64,000 nucleotides of DNA. Origin: Veleropilina oligotropha. Lineage: Eukaryota. Made by a program: the position numbers and the translations under genes. The stretch lies in contig JBEUKZ010000092.1 of the NCBI GenBank assembly GCA_048128005.1, positions 62,001-126,000 of the forward strand, in the 5' to 3' direction. This document shows positions 14,163 to 28,205 of the stretch, one piece after another. Position 1 is the first letter of the stretch. Every line of letters starts with the position of its first letter. The notes below the pieces were generated by a model. The model ran no database searches. It was not told where the DNA came from and saw nothing but the letters and a program-made list of their open reading frames with translations.

Positions 14163-14410
14163 CTGAGATTTTCTCTGATGTTGTCCGCTTTGATCGCATC
14201 TATAAGCAACCCGGATATTTCCAAGTCTGCATCTTTTATGAGCGCATCGTATTTATTTGGTAGACTTTCCGGTAGGTCTACAGGGCACGTAGCGAAGCGC
14301 CCGATTAATAAACCCACAGCTAACCCGATGACCAACGTAACACCTGCTGCAATAAGCGTTTTTCTTCCACTTCCTTTTGAATGCCCACCAGACATTTTGT
14401 AACTCGCCAT
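14163..14410 (-). CDS. NAALADase/GCPII-like gene A, coding exon 1 (cytoplasmic tail + type II signal anchor)
   Basis: ATG at 14410; MASYKMSGG...TLIAAGVTLVIGLAVGLLIGRFA...IKADNIRENLR; GT donor at 14162-14161, phase 2. The start codon choice is inferred. Confidence 0.85.
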
Positions 14411-15809
14411 TTCCAAGTTCTGGGGCAATGGCCTTCTTTAAGAAGCGTCTTGATTGCAATTGTTATTGCTGTCGGATATTAGATCTACGGTTACACAGAC
14501 CTGATGTTTGCCTATGATAATGCCTTACTATGACATGTTTATGAATACCGGCTGAGCCATCAGAATTTCATAACCCGTTTAGTATTATATATGTAAACAG
14601 GTCGACTTGATACACATTGTCCTACTATTGTATACTACGAAGAATTTGCGTCCTACATGAATAGATGGCATATAAACTTTTATTTGGTACTTGGGAACCT
14701 GTATGCAAATGTGTATTTTTGCGTAGCTTTGATCAGGTCGTTGATTCGACGAACACACACCTTTTGTGAAACTAGTTACCGATTGAAACGCAGTGGTAAA
14801 TATTTGTTCGGTGTCGGGTTTATTGGTATTTGAGGATTATGTCTTTGCTATAGAATGCCCTGTTCATAATTCGGGTTTATAATATTTGATGGAGCTCAAC
14901 TTTAATACCTGTGTAATCATCTTAGACGTTATTGCGATCAGACGTTTCGCACGGTATTAATGTTCGTTCACAAGGCTGTTCTCTGCAGATATGAACTAAA
15001 TTACTATGGATTTCATGGACGAATCCAGGATTTTGAAAAGGGTGATTCAACGTTTCCGAAACATACTATCAACTGGCATTCTCATGCATTCTGGCAATAC
15101 AAACGCGATGTCTTACCAACATTTATGACCCATTTTCACCAAACTGTATTAGTAAAATTTGATTTTTGTCGCAAAGGGGTCGGGGGTCGTTTGCACCTCC
15201 GAAATGTATTAAACCAAAAAAATAAACGCACACCCCACTTTTAGATAATTTCACTAGTTTAAGAAATTACGAAAAAAATCATTTCTTAGACACTAAATTT
15301 ATTTTTTTCATTAATGAATTATATTAAAGATAATTATTCCTTATCAAAAAATGCGGGTGTTGTTATAATTGAGAGAATGGAATGTCTATCAAACTCTGTG
15401 TACATGCTAGAGCGTGTAATCTTGCTGATTGACATGTGGCCATAATTATCCTTATCACATGACAAAGATGTTATGGAACGGTAGAAGCCGTTCCATAAAT
15501 TTCGATGCAAAAGACACGTCTTATAAGTATGCAAATGAGGGCGAACATGACGCCCGGTCATCGCATCTGGAGCCAAGTTGATTAGGCGGCGTATCACCCT
15601 CATTAACATATTGAATAATTCATACGCGTTCACTCGTCGATTACCGACGATGAACTATTTTTTATTGGCGTACTGGCGTGGCGCGTGCTTTCGATGCGTG
15701 ATGCGTCTGAGGCATGGCAATTTATGGCTGAAAGTACTGACATAAATTAGTTTTAAAACGTAAAGAAATGCGTTTAAAAACGCAATAAAATAAGTTTAAA
15801 GGTAAATAA

Positions 15810-15972
15810 AGTCATGTGATAAAGAAGATATGAAACTTGTGTCCATTTCATATGAGAATTATGAAACTCGTCAGCAAATGTATGTACCTCGCCAAGGCTC
15901 GGTACATAAATTGTGCCCGACTCGTTTCATAATTCTCATATGGAATGGACACTCGTTCGATATCCTCTATTT
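15810..15972 (-). repeat. Hairpin (Crypton-like) repeat end
   Basis: Palindrome centred on cctcgccaaggctcgg, terminus atcctctattta. Confidence 0.6.
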
Positions 15973-18900
15973 AATATACTAGTATCAATTCACTCTACTG
16001 ATCTTACATTCTCATGTACAAAAAGGCCATTTTAACACTGAAAAACTTGACAATGGAGTAATATCTGTTGATTAACAGTGGATTCTTCTGCACATATGGC
16101 AATTTTGTATGAAATACAGCTTGATGCAAATCAGCATACTCCTATGTAAAACACCAAAGTGCCTCTTTTGGAAATCAGTTCTTATTTTTATTGTATACAT
16201 CAGGAATATATTATCATATACACAGTACAGGCTCTATTTCAAAGACAATTAGCAACTTTTCATTATCGAATATGCATATTTACTGCACTGTGCATGTATA
16301 AACCTGAAGATTTCCTAGATAGTTATCCCAGCTATACAATATGCTACCAATATGAACTAAATGGTGTATAAACTGGCTAAATAAAGTGAATTGAAAACCC
16401 CCCACACTGGTAATGACTAAAATGACGGCCAGTGACTGCAGTTCAACGCTATGCATATATCTCGTAGTTAACTTACTTACTTTTCCATTATTCACAAAAT
16501 TCCAATACAACCTTTATTTCACTACAAATGATACCATTTTGTTAGTTGTTAGCATTGCACTCCAACCAGCTATTGACTTTTTGATCAACCCATGGAAATC
16601 ATGTCAAATCTCATCCAGAATTTCACTAGGCTATCCCATTTAAATCTGGTCATGTTTGCTGCTGGACAATATCTGCATACCAATGTGATACTGTTTTGTA
16701 AATAGCATGACTCTATTCACATTTTGGAATGAAATTTGACATTTTGGTGTATTTCAATTTCAAAACAATGTTAATTTGAAAGAATTCTTTTTTAAATTAT
16801 GCAAAATTTTAAATTACTTAAAGATCTATTGTCTAATTTTGAACTTTTTGTGCTATACCCACAGAGCACTGTAGCACAACACCATGGATGGTTATTTAAA
16901 GAAAATTGAAAATACAGGTACAAAATTACAACAATCCGTGTTTAACCGTAAGGTAATTTTATGTCTGAAAATCTTCCATAGAAATCGATGCCTGTCATGC
17001 AACGGAAAATGACGTATAATTTGTATTGTACATCGGAATTGTTCTATATTTTCAATGTATGCCTACATTATGATTATCTACATTATATGCAGATTTTATT
17101 GATTTTGAAAAAGTTTGTCCCAATAGGTCTCAGTCCACAGTTATCTATCCTGAAATTTCCCTAGACCCGGATGTGACGAAAGAAAAATAGTGCCCTGTGG
17201 AATGTTGTTACTTCATGTATTTCTGTACATTTGCTGCTGAGATTGTTCACTGCATCTCATTGAGAAGATGTTTATTTTTCATCAGGTATGCACTTAATCA
17301 ATATCTGAGTCCTCATTTTTAAACAAGAATATCCTGACTTTTCCCCTATCCCTCCGGGGTGAGTGTGTGATTTGTCCATGTCCGCTAAACATAAATGGAT
17401 GTAGCGAAAAATGTAGCCGGTCACCAGATGGCGATTTACTCATTAAATGTTGCTTACATGTATGTACATATTTCTTGAGATAATGGAATGTCTATCAAAC
17501 TCTGGGTACATGCTAGACCGTGTGAGGCTATATGATAGAACATAGTAAAGTTAATTGTGGTCTGAGGCCATACACAACTTGCATTTTTTGTCAGCGCAGG
17601 CGCCGTCAGCATCTGGTCACAGAGAACAGGTGAGAGCTTATCGCCAGAATAGTCTAGCTGAATTAAAAACATTAAAGGATTTGTGGACAGCGTGTAAGTT
17701 CTGGCTGATAATAAAACCTTCATGTCTATTTTCATCTGTTATTAGTTGCAACATAATTTTCACTGTTAGGGACTGGTAATTAATTATAGGGGGGAGGGGG
17801 GGGGGGTGGAAATGGGAGGTCATGAAAAAAGACACAGACATATTGTTTGGGTGGAGGTGTCATGAAAAAATTACAACATTTTGTAATACACAGAATAAAA
17901 AAGGGTGTTGTACACAATTAATTGTCAAATATTTTCTCTGCGTGAGCGAACAATTGATCACAGGTTGTCAAGGTTTGACCCTAGTACCCGTTTTCAAAAT
18001 GACATTGGATTTATAGGCTAGTAAACGAACGACTTAGGTTGGACACAAATATTAACAAGCAAATCTCAGTTTAAATATGTTCATTGACGGTATATTAGAC
18101 CACAAAAAATTTCCCACCCGGATTGACCTATGGCAAAGCCACGTTTCAGGCTCAATCCAAGATGGCAGCAATGGAATCCAAGATGGCCGCCATGGAATAT
18201 TCAAAAGATTGTAATGTTGGAAATATTTAACAGAAAATCTTATTTGAGGTGTCATTTCCAACTAATTCGAGTATTCCCATTTAGATGGTGACACTTAAAA
18301 TTCGGTCAAAAGTCAAGGTCATTGTCAAAATGATAAAAATAAGCCGAAATGTGACAAGACCTCTTATGATGGTTTTTTCAGTAATCCGCTGTTCTGTTTG
18401 GATGACGTTAGTTACGCAAATACCCTTATACGTCACTTATCGGACATTATTGTTAGACATGTGAGGTGCAATAAAGGTATTACCCGTCTCCATGGTGATC
18501 CGGGATATTCGGCTCTTTCCGTAACAGTGTTCGAATAGAACTAACTCGAATACCGTCGTCTGTTTTGTTAGATGTAAACATATGCAAATGACTGCGCTCG
18601 TAAAATGTGATAAATAACAATGGTAAGTTATGTAATATATTATGAAATTCCCCACCCGGATCGACCTATGGCAAGATATCGTTTCAGGCTCAATCCAAGA
18701 TGGCCGCCGTGGGATATTCTCGTTTCAGGCTCAATTCAAAATGACCGCCATGGAATATTCACATGATTGTAATTTTGGAAATATTTAACAGGAAATCTGA
18801 TTTGGGGTGTCAATTCCAGCTAATTCGGATATGCCCATTTAGATGGTGGCACTTAAAATTCGGTCAGAGGTCAAGTTCATGCGTGAAGGTCAAGGTCACT

Positions 18901-19516
18901 GTCAAAATTATAAAAATAAGCCGAAATGTGACATGATTTCTTACCTTATTTTTTGCGTTAATACGCTGTTCTGATTCGCTGACGTTAGTGAATTAAATGT
19001 CCTTATACCTCACTTGTTTGACGTTATTTTTTATTTTATGGAATATGAAATTCCCTACCCGGATCGACTTACGGCATGACCTCGTTTCAGACTCCATCCA
19101 AGATGGCTACCTTAGGATATTCCCCTTTCAGACTCCATCGAAGATGGCCGCCATGGAATATTCAAATGATTGTAATTTTGGAGATATTTTACAGGAAATC
19201 TTATTTGAGAGGCCATTTCCAGGTAATCTGGGTATGCTAATTTAGAAGGTGAGACTTAATTACAATTCGGTCAGAGGTCAAGGTCACGCGTAAAGGTCAA
19301 GGTCAATGTCAAAATTATAAAGTATGCCATCATGTGACATGATTTCTTATCTTGCTGTTTGAATTAATCCGCTGTTCTGATGGAATGACGCTTGTTGCAT
19401 AAATACCCTTGTACCTCACTTGCTTCAAATTATTTTTAGACATGTGAGGTGTAATAAACTTATTACCCGTCTCCATGCAGATCGTGGATATTAAGCTCTT
19501 TCCATAATGCCTATAT

Positions 19517-20034
19517 ATGTCACATATACACCGGTCGCCGTGCGATGGAGGATAATCGACGGCGTCTCGGCTTCCTCGACATCGGGGAAGAATCGTAGGT
19601 TTGTGGTCACATCAGATACGGTGCCAGTACGGGCTAACACAATTTTGCGGGCGGTCAAATCGTGCGGACATCGTAAGGTGACATTACGATTCCCGTAAGA
19701 TCACCTTACGATCCTCGTAAGGTCACCTTACGACGTCCGCATTTTGTCCGAAATCGTAAGAATGTCGTGCGGGTGTCCTACGAGCTACCTACGATCTCTC
19801 ACGGAGTAAAATGCATCTATGATATTATATGCCAGCGATGATTTCCTGATTTTCGAAATCGAACGATCATTCAAAAATTAGAACTTCGCGTTAAAAGTTG
19901 CCGATGACCCTACGATGCCCCAAACTCGGCGAAAAAGTCGCCGATGTCCGTAGGATGTTGCCGATGCCCGTACGACATCTTCAAAAACACACATCGTACG
20001 GGCGCCGTATTCGCTTACGATGCATTTGTGACAT
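19517..20034. mobile_element. MITE inserted into the left foldback arm
   Basis: Ends atgtcaca…/…tgtgacat; absent from the right arm. Confidence 0.6.
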
Positions 20035-21199
20035 ATGCATAAGATGCAAACATATGCAAATGGCTTCACTCGTACAATGTGATAAACAAAATGGTAAGTT
20101 ATTTATTTAATAGATTGTGAAATTATAAATTAGAAAAATAAAATCAAGAAAAATTCGTTGTCGAATCCTAGTCTTAGGGGTATACTCTTCGTTTTATACC
20201 TATTGACGTTGAACCCCAAAGCGATATTTAACATCAAACGGACGGTGTACAACGTACCATATAATACTGCGATGTCGCTCGATTGCGTATAATGTATTTG
20301 CATTAAACCAGCCTAATACTTAAGTGTCCTTGGCATGAGTTTAAATTGATTTTATCTTCCATGTCACATATTTATATTATGAACCCCAACCAAGGTCTGA
20401 CATCCAAAAAGTTCATTGACAATTCAGAAATGACACAATAATTGAAGGAAATAATAATAATTAATATATTCGATTAAAATTGTATATTCCGAAGCATTCT
20501 TCCACATATTTGGTTATGCTCATCCGCATCATAACTCTCCACTTCATGCATCCATTCATGTGTTCTACTCGCCCCGGAGCCTATCTTTTTCCTCTCCGAG
20601 TCGGCTTGGGGGTCACACTCGACCAGAAGTATGCCCACCGTGATCTCACCGATCTACTCTTTAAATTCGCCTTCTGTTCATCCGACGTACGTGAACTTAT
20701 GACATATTAAATGCTGTATTTGATCGAGGACAATGTTGATCACAGCACTCAAACACTGGACAATTTTAATCACATGATGTGTCAGATGGGTGCTGTTATA
20801 CCAGCCAGGCCTAACAAAAAGACCACCCGATGAGCAATGTTACGGTGGAGATTATCCGGGATATGAGATAGCATAAGGTCATTAAAAGGATCCAAAAGCT
20901 GTTCTACCAAACAAATTACACCATCGTTTGAATATATCACAGAGAGATCCAGTAGTCGAATCTAGATATCTTGTGGCAAGTATCAATCCATTTGACTCAA
21001 CCACGACCCTTGTGGTATAGATATATGCAGCCACTACATACCAGAATGCCTAACCTGACGAAAAGCACTCCAATATTCCTCCCCATGATTGACCTAGGTC
21101 CAAGTAACTCCACATGTGTTCATTCAGCTTTGGAGTACTATGTGATATTATAGTAGCCGGACAACAGAAAGTATCTCCTATAGTCACATTTGTCCATCA

Positions 21200-21935
21200 G
21201 TTATATTGGATAGCGTTCACGATCATAGAATACTTGACAAACGGTGTCGGCGGAGATGACTGTGGTTAGCAGGTAAGCGGGCCTTACTGGATAAGAAATT
21301 AAGGCTGGCAGAGAAGGCAGCTTCACATGGAGAACTCAACACTGTATACAAACTGACCAGGGAGCTGTGTTGACCTACCGTTCTGCCTCCTCCTATCAAG
21401 GGTACTACTGGAAATGTCATTACAACATCACTGCTACTGAAGCATGGAAAGCGAAACAGACGAATACCGCCATAGCACTGATGATACTATTTACGAACAT
21501 ATTAGAGCATGACACTATTCCTGGAGACAGGAGCAGAGGACTATTAGTGAAGATACCAAAGAAAAGACACTTGGGAAATGGTGACAATTGGCATAGTGTT
21601 GCCTTCATGTCTGTAACATACACGATCTTCTGCAGGATCGTACGGAACTTGATTGACAGGGCTCTAGATGGCAGGTTGAGACAAAAAATGGTGTATTTCC
21701 CATATATTAGCCATTCGCAACAACATCGATCAATGTCCGGAGTGAAATGCCCCTGCACTGTATATCAACTTCACTCGTAGATGACAGCATCCACCGTGAG
21801 AGCATGTGGAAAATACTCAAGGTCTGCCGAATAAGACAGTAAACATCATCAAGTCATTCTACAGCAGTGCAATAATCATCGACAATACAACAGAGTGGTT
21901 CTCGGTGAAGTCCGGAGTTTCGGGATGTCCTTGGC
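21200..21935 (+). mobile_element. Degenerate RTE-like LINE reverse transcriptase fragment
   Basis: IPGD..RGLLVKIPKK.HLGN.DNW.SV..MSV...IFCRIV, frameshifted. Confidence 0.7.
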
Positions 21936-24028
21936 TGGAAATCATAAATATGTGCCCTGAAGGATAAAATCATTTTAAGCTTATGCCAAAGATACATTAC
22001 AAGTTCGTGGTTCAACGTCAATATGTGTACAACGAACAGTATACCACAAAGACTACGATTCGACAACGAATTTTTCTTGATTTTATTTTTGTATTTATAA
22101 TATCACAATCTATTAAATAACTTACCAATTTGTTAATCACATTTTACGAGTGCAGCCATTTGTAAATGTAAAGCTAACCAAGCAGACGACGTTATTGGAG
22201 TACTATTCAATCACTGGTACGGAAAGAGCCGAATATCCACGATCTGGATGGAGACGGCTAATAAGTTTAGTTCACCCCACATGTCTGAAAATAATTAAAT
22301 TTGTCAAACAAGTGAGGTATAAGGGTTTTTATGTAACAAGCGTCATTCATTCAGAACAGCGGATTAATGCAAACAGCAAGATAAGAAATCATGTCACATG
22401 TCGAATTATTTTACAAATTTTGACATTGACCTTGACCTTTACGCATGATCTTGACCTCTGACAGAATTGTAAGTCTCACCATCTAAATTGGCATACCCAA
22501 ATTACCTGGAAATAACACCTCAAATAGGTTTTCCTGTAAAAATTTCATAATCTATTAAATAACTTAAATGTGTTATTTATCACATTTTACGAGTGCAGTC
22601 ACTTGCATGTGTACATCTACCAAAACAGAGGACTGTATTCGAGTTAGTTCTATTCGATCACTGTTACGGAAAGAGCCGAATATCCTCGATCACCATGGAG
22701 ACGGGTACTACGTTTATTGCACCTCACATGTCAAACAATAATGTCCAATAAGTGACGTATAAGGGTATTTGCGTACCAAACGTCATTCAACCAGAACAGC
22801 GGATTACCGCAAAAACCCCCGGCTTATTTTTATCATTTTGACAATACCATGACCTTAGGCATGACCTTGTCTTTTGATATAATTTTAAGTGTCACCATCT
22901 AAATGGGAATACCCGAATTAGTTGGAAATGCCACCACAAATAAGATTTTCTGTTAAATATTTCCAAAATTACAATCATTTGATATTCCATGGCGGCCATC
23001 TTGGATTGAGTGTGAAACGGGAATGTCCTACGGCAGCCATCTTGGATGGAGTCTGAAACGAGGTCTTGCCGTAGGTCGATCAGGGTGGGAAATTTCATAA
23101 TCTATTAAATAACTTACATTTGTTATTTATCACATTTTACGAGCGCAGTCACGTGCATGCATGTTTACATCTACCAAAACAGACGACTGTATTCGAGTTA
23201 CTAGTAGTTCTATTCGATCACTGTTACGGAAAGAGCCGAATATCCCCTATCACCATGGAGACGGGTAATACGTTTATTGCACCTCACATGTCTAACAATA
23301 ATGTCCAGTAAGTGAGGTATAAGTGTATATGCGTAACTAACGTCATCAAACCAGAACAGCGGATTACCGCAAAAACCATCATAAGAGATTTTGTCACATT
23401 TCGGCTTATTTTTATAATTTTGACAATGACCTTGACCATATGGCATGACCTTGACTTCTTACCGAATTTTAAGTGTCACCATATAAATGGGAATACCCGA
23501 AATAGTTGGAAATGACACCTCAAATAAGATTTTCTGTTAAATATGTCCAAAATTACAATATTTTGAATATTCCATGGCGGCCATCTTGGATTCCATGGCG
23601 GCCATCTTAGATTGAGTATGAAGCGAGGCTTTGCCATAGGTCAATCCGGGTGGGGAATTTTTTGTGGTCTAATATACCGTCAATGAACATATTTCAGCTG
23701 AGATTTGCTTGTTAAAATTTTTGTCCAACCTCTGATGTATACTCATGGTCATAATGGTGGCTATCCCCCAAACGATGTATAAATTGCTGCAAATAATCCC
23801 CCAAAACTTCATAAAGCACATCGACACAAACCTAATTTGATTTTACCCGAAAAATATGTTATATATTAGAAAGAATTCTACATAGATCGTGAACACATCG
23901 CGATAATTTATACAGTAAGAGGTTTTATTTTCACATGTGGAATGGAAAATGTCAAAATGGCATGAATATAATGTAACCAACAACAATAAAAATCAGGCCT
24001 ATGTGCGACATTTTGACTGCAATCCAAT

Positions 24029-27000
24029 GAGGAACCGGCGGAACTAACCCGACAGATGGCGCCACTGGGAAGTAGGTTATCCGGTTCGCGACCAATGCTA
24101 CATGAGTTCTGTGGTCGTTTTGTGTTAACATCGTGTCAACTAAAATATTCCAAATATTTACATTTTATTTATTCATTTACGATGGATGGCAGTAAATATG
24201 CGTCCAAAACTCTGTTGGAGTTGAAAACTATGCTTAGAGACGCGTATTGTAGCATAGGCCTAAGATATTTTGCGGATTACAGTAATTTACTCATACATTA
24301 AATCACCATTAAACACCATAAAGTAACGCAAATATATTACATATATATAACTAAATATAAAAAATGACTACTTATTTTGACAAATGAAATATAGATATGT
24401 CCATTCAAATCAAAACGAGTGACATTGGATTTCCGTGAACTTGCGTATTGTATGATATTTTGCGCTTTTCGTAAAAAATCACCACCAAACACAATGAAAG
24501 CAACACAAATACATTACATATACCTAAATATTCACAAATAACTACTTATTAAGGCATAAGAAATATAGATTTGGTCCATTCAACCACACACGCGATTCAC
24601 ATCAGATTTCCGTAACTTGCGTACTGTACGATATTTTGCGCATTTCAAAAAATAAAATCATCGCTAAACACTATCAAATCAAGGCAAATACGTTAGCCTA
24701 CATATAATAATAATAATATAATATACCTAAATATGCACAAATATATACGTAAATCGTGCCCCCCCCCCCATCTATCAACGATGATGTTACTCCTCCACGA
24801 GGACCCGAATGCTACGCTGAATTACCTTTATATATATATAGCTAGTAAATCACCCAAATGACAGAACGCATTATTTTAGGATTATAATAGTATTTTATTG
24901 GATTGGATCTAAAACTGACGCTGATCGACCTTATTTAAAATATGTATACATAAAATTATTAGTTAACTTAGTTATTTTTTAAAAATACACAAAACAAATA
25001 ACTTTGATGACAAAATTTAGGCAATTTATGTTATATAAAAACATTCACAACATTGGATCAAAATATAAATACAAAATATATATCTAAATTATGAAAAAAA
25101 TAGTTATAATATATGTTGTTCATCCTCTGATGAACTGCCGTCTGAAGAATCGACAGGGGACACGTCATCGAATGAAGATTCGGCAGGGGATACGTACGTT
25201 GAATACGTTATCCGTAGACGGCGTAAACGAGTCTTCTTCGTCGAACGAACGCGATGGTGTATTCGAGTACATCCATGCAATATCGACGGGGGCAGCGTGG
25301 CCGAGTGTATTCGGTGCTGGTCTACTAAACAGGAGGTCACGGGTTCAAGCGCCGGGAGAGCTGGGGATTTTTCCAATGATCGCTGCCTCCATTGCACACA
25401 GCACCACTTCATTTCATCATTCAAATTTGATTGACCCGATTTATAACTGAAATACTGTTGGCGTGGTCGTTAAACATCAATTCATCATCACCACCACATC
25501 CAATATCGAAATTACCAACTTGATCGTTGTCAATGGATGCCTTGTTATCATGGATGGCATAAGTAGTATTTAGTATGCTAGTGCCAGGTAGCGACTGGTC
25601 TAAAGGTAATTCAGCGTAGCATTCGGATTCTCGTGAAGGAGTAACATCATCGTTGATAGATGGGGGGGGGGGGACGATTTACTCAAATCCACGTTGGAAT
25701 TCGCAAAATATATATTTAATATGGTGAAATACGTATTTATCTGTGCATATTTAGGTATATGTAACGTATTTTCCTTGATTTGATAGTGTTTAGCGATGAT
25801 TTTATTTGAAATGCGCAACATATCGTACAGTAGGCCTACGCAAGTTACGGAAATCTGATGTGAGTCGCGTGTGTGGTTGAATGGACCAAATCTATATTTC
25901 ATGTGCTTTAGTAAGTAGTTATTTGTAAATATTTAGGTATATGTAATGTATTTGTGTTGCTTTCGTGGTGTTTAGTGGTGATTTTATACGAAAAGCGGAA
26001 AATATCATACAATATGCAAGTTCGCGGAAATCCGATAGTGTCACTCGTTTTGATTTGATTTGAATGGACATATTTATGTTTCATTTGGCAAAATAAGTAG
26101 TCATTCTTTATATTTATAGTTATATGTAATATATTTGCGCTGCTTTCGTGGTGTTTAATGGTGATTTAATGTATGATTAATCCGCAAAATAACTTAGGCC
26201 TATGCTACAATACGCGGAATACGCAATTTTACGGAAATCTGATGTTAGTCGTTATGATTTGAATGGGCCAAATCTAAGTTTCATATTTCCAAAAATGTAC
26301 TTGATTGTGTATATTTAGTTGTATATAATGCATTTACGTTGCCTTCATCGTGTTATTAGTGATTTTTTTTCGATCAAAAATTACTTTAAATATATAAGAC
26401 AGCCTAATATGCGTTTCGTCGAAAAATCGATGTGGACCAAGGGACGAACAAATATCACTTTTATCGTTATCGGATTGACTGTTCTTCTCTAACGAAGCAA
26501 GTGGGGCCAACATAAATACAGTATGTAATGCATTGCATGATAAGTACGTTTCCTTTATTACTGTTTTTTTCTGGTAGGTGAAATGCGATTCAAAGCGGGG
26601 CATGTGAATAACCGGAAAAATTGCAGATGGCTGCCCTCTCTTATATTATACGTAATCAGTGGGTGGGTAGCAAGGACTTCGCTCATGGTGGATTTCGCTC
26701 ATATTTCTGATTTGCGTCAATGGTCTTTGCACACTGTGGATCATTTTGATGGATTCCAGTTGTTTTCGCCTGGTTTTTACGGCGATAATCCACTTCTTTC
26801 TCATTTCCTGGTCGCTAGGGAAACGATGGCCTTCATTCCCACTACATCTGCGAACCGAACAGTGAACTGGCATTGTGTTTACCTATTCAAGTTATTCATT
26901 CAGGTGGACAAGACACGTTGATAAACAAAGCCGGTTTGAATATATTACAAAGGAACGCTATTTACAGACGGCATTGTGACATGACCTACTGTCGCGCGCG

Positions 27001-27034
27001 ACATCTACCGGCAGCTGTGGAGTGCCGGTTCCTC
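24029..27034. mobile_element. ISL2EU-like DNA transposon derivative (THAP remnant)
   Basis: TIR gaggaaccggc/gccggttcctc with AT on both flanks; THAP-like start CSVRRC…HRFPSDQEMRKKWI at 26646-26873 (-); internal inverted arms. Confidence 0.7.
25287..25500 (+). mobile_element. tRNA-headed SINE family B, full length
   Basis: A box gtggccgagtg, B box ggttcaagcgcc, (CAT/CAC)n tail, TSD caatatcga. Confidence 0.85.
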
Positions 27035-27728
27035 ATTCATCCGTGACATGTCCAAAGACTATATATTTACCATATGGTAATTAACTATCGTGTTGCACCC
27101 CAACGAACGTGTGCAAGGGCGATAATTCTGTCCATTAGATGGTTCAGCGTGAGAGCGGCCCGGATGATGAAACTCTTGTTTCAAAGACAGAATTGGGTGG
27201 TTCATCGAAAGTTCCTTGGTCGGCCCCATAAAAAATCAGTCAGAGATAACCAAATTTTGTACCGACTGACTCGTAGAAACCAGTGTATATCATCAGGATC
27301 ATTTAGAGACAGACGGGCTCCTCTGCCATATGACAGACTTTTCCGAGAAACGGTGAACCATAGGGTACTTTTTAGGTGGTACCTTGCTAGAACACCTGTC
27401 AAGGGACCATTTTTCGCCAAGACCCTAAACGATCGATGTTACAGTGTGTACGGCGACATCGTATTGTAACTATACGACATTGGCGCCATATCATCTTTAC
27501 TGCCGAATCACGCTATTTGCTCCACTGAATGAATGGATGGGTGCGAGTGTTCGGCTTCACTAGAGAATGGGTCTATGCGGACTGTGATGAAGGTTGCATC
27601 ATCTGAGTAGGTGTATGTGTGCTCGTGTGGGCGGAATTCATTTTAATGGAAAAACGTAACTTTTAATGTTGCATAAGACTGCCAACCAACGGACGCACGG
27701 ACATGATTTGGTAGAAACATGCTTTACA

Positions 27729-28205
27729 TAGGTAAGGGGGATACTAGTCTCAGGCTAGATCCGAACAGTGTAGACCGACGGGTGTGAGTGTAACAAGGGT
27801 GAAGCTCATTTCACTCGCCGCCTGGAGTGGTCTTTAACCAGGTGACATCGACTCCCTAGAGTGCAATAGAGCAAATGAGGTAATTGTCGATAGGTAAGGG
27901 ATACTGCTGGATTGCACTAAAGGGCGCGCCAAAAGTATAAATTCCTGACCGGTTTCGACCCACCATGGAGTCTTCATCAGAGGAGTGTCCTAGGTTCCAA
28001 TTGGGTTCAGCCTTTTATACCCTCGCTTGTTGTATCATGGGTTGTCATGGTAATTGCATATTAGCCGTTGTAATAGCCGGGCGAGGTGTGATGGCTTCTG
28101 GGAATGCACGATCGAAATAGCCGTTCGAATTATCCGTTCGAAATAGCCGGTCGAAATAGCCGGTCAAATAGCCGGTCAAATAGCCGGTCAAAATAGCTAT
28201 GCTTT
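27729..28205 (-). mobile_element. Penelope-like/retrozyme-like insert within the Tc1 relic
   Basis: Interrupts the Tc1 ORF, carries a hammerhead and a short aaatagccggtc tandem array; boundaries approximate. Confidence 0.5.
27943..27984 (-). ncRNA. Type I minimal hammerhead ribozyme
   Basis: tcct-CTGATGA-a-gactc(catggt)gggtc-GAAAC-cg-GTC-agga: full core, stems I and II pair, palindromic stem III. Confidence 0.8.

Larger units (their letters stand above)
18036..23731. mobile_element. Foldback-type element with ~1.7-kb modular inverted arms
   Basis: 18036-~20175 is the reverse complement of ~22049-23731 (aggttggaca…/…tgtccaacct); arms are built of repeated subunits. Confidence 0.85.

Noticed and set aside
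25287..25365. Possible tRNA gene
   Set aside because: The tRNA-like head continues into a repeated SINE body with tail and TSD.
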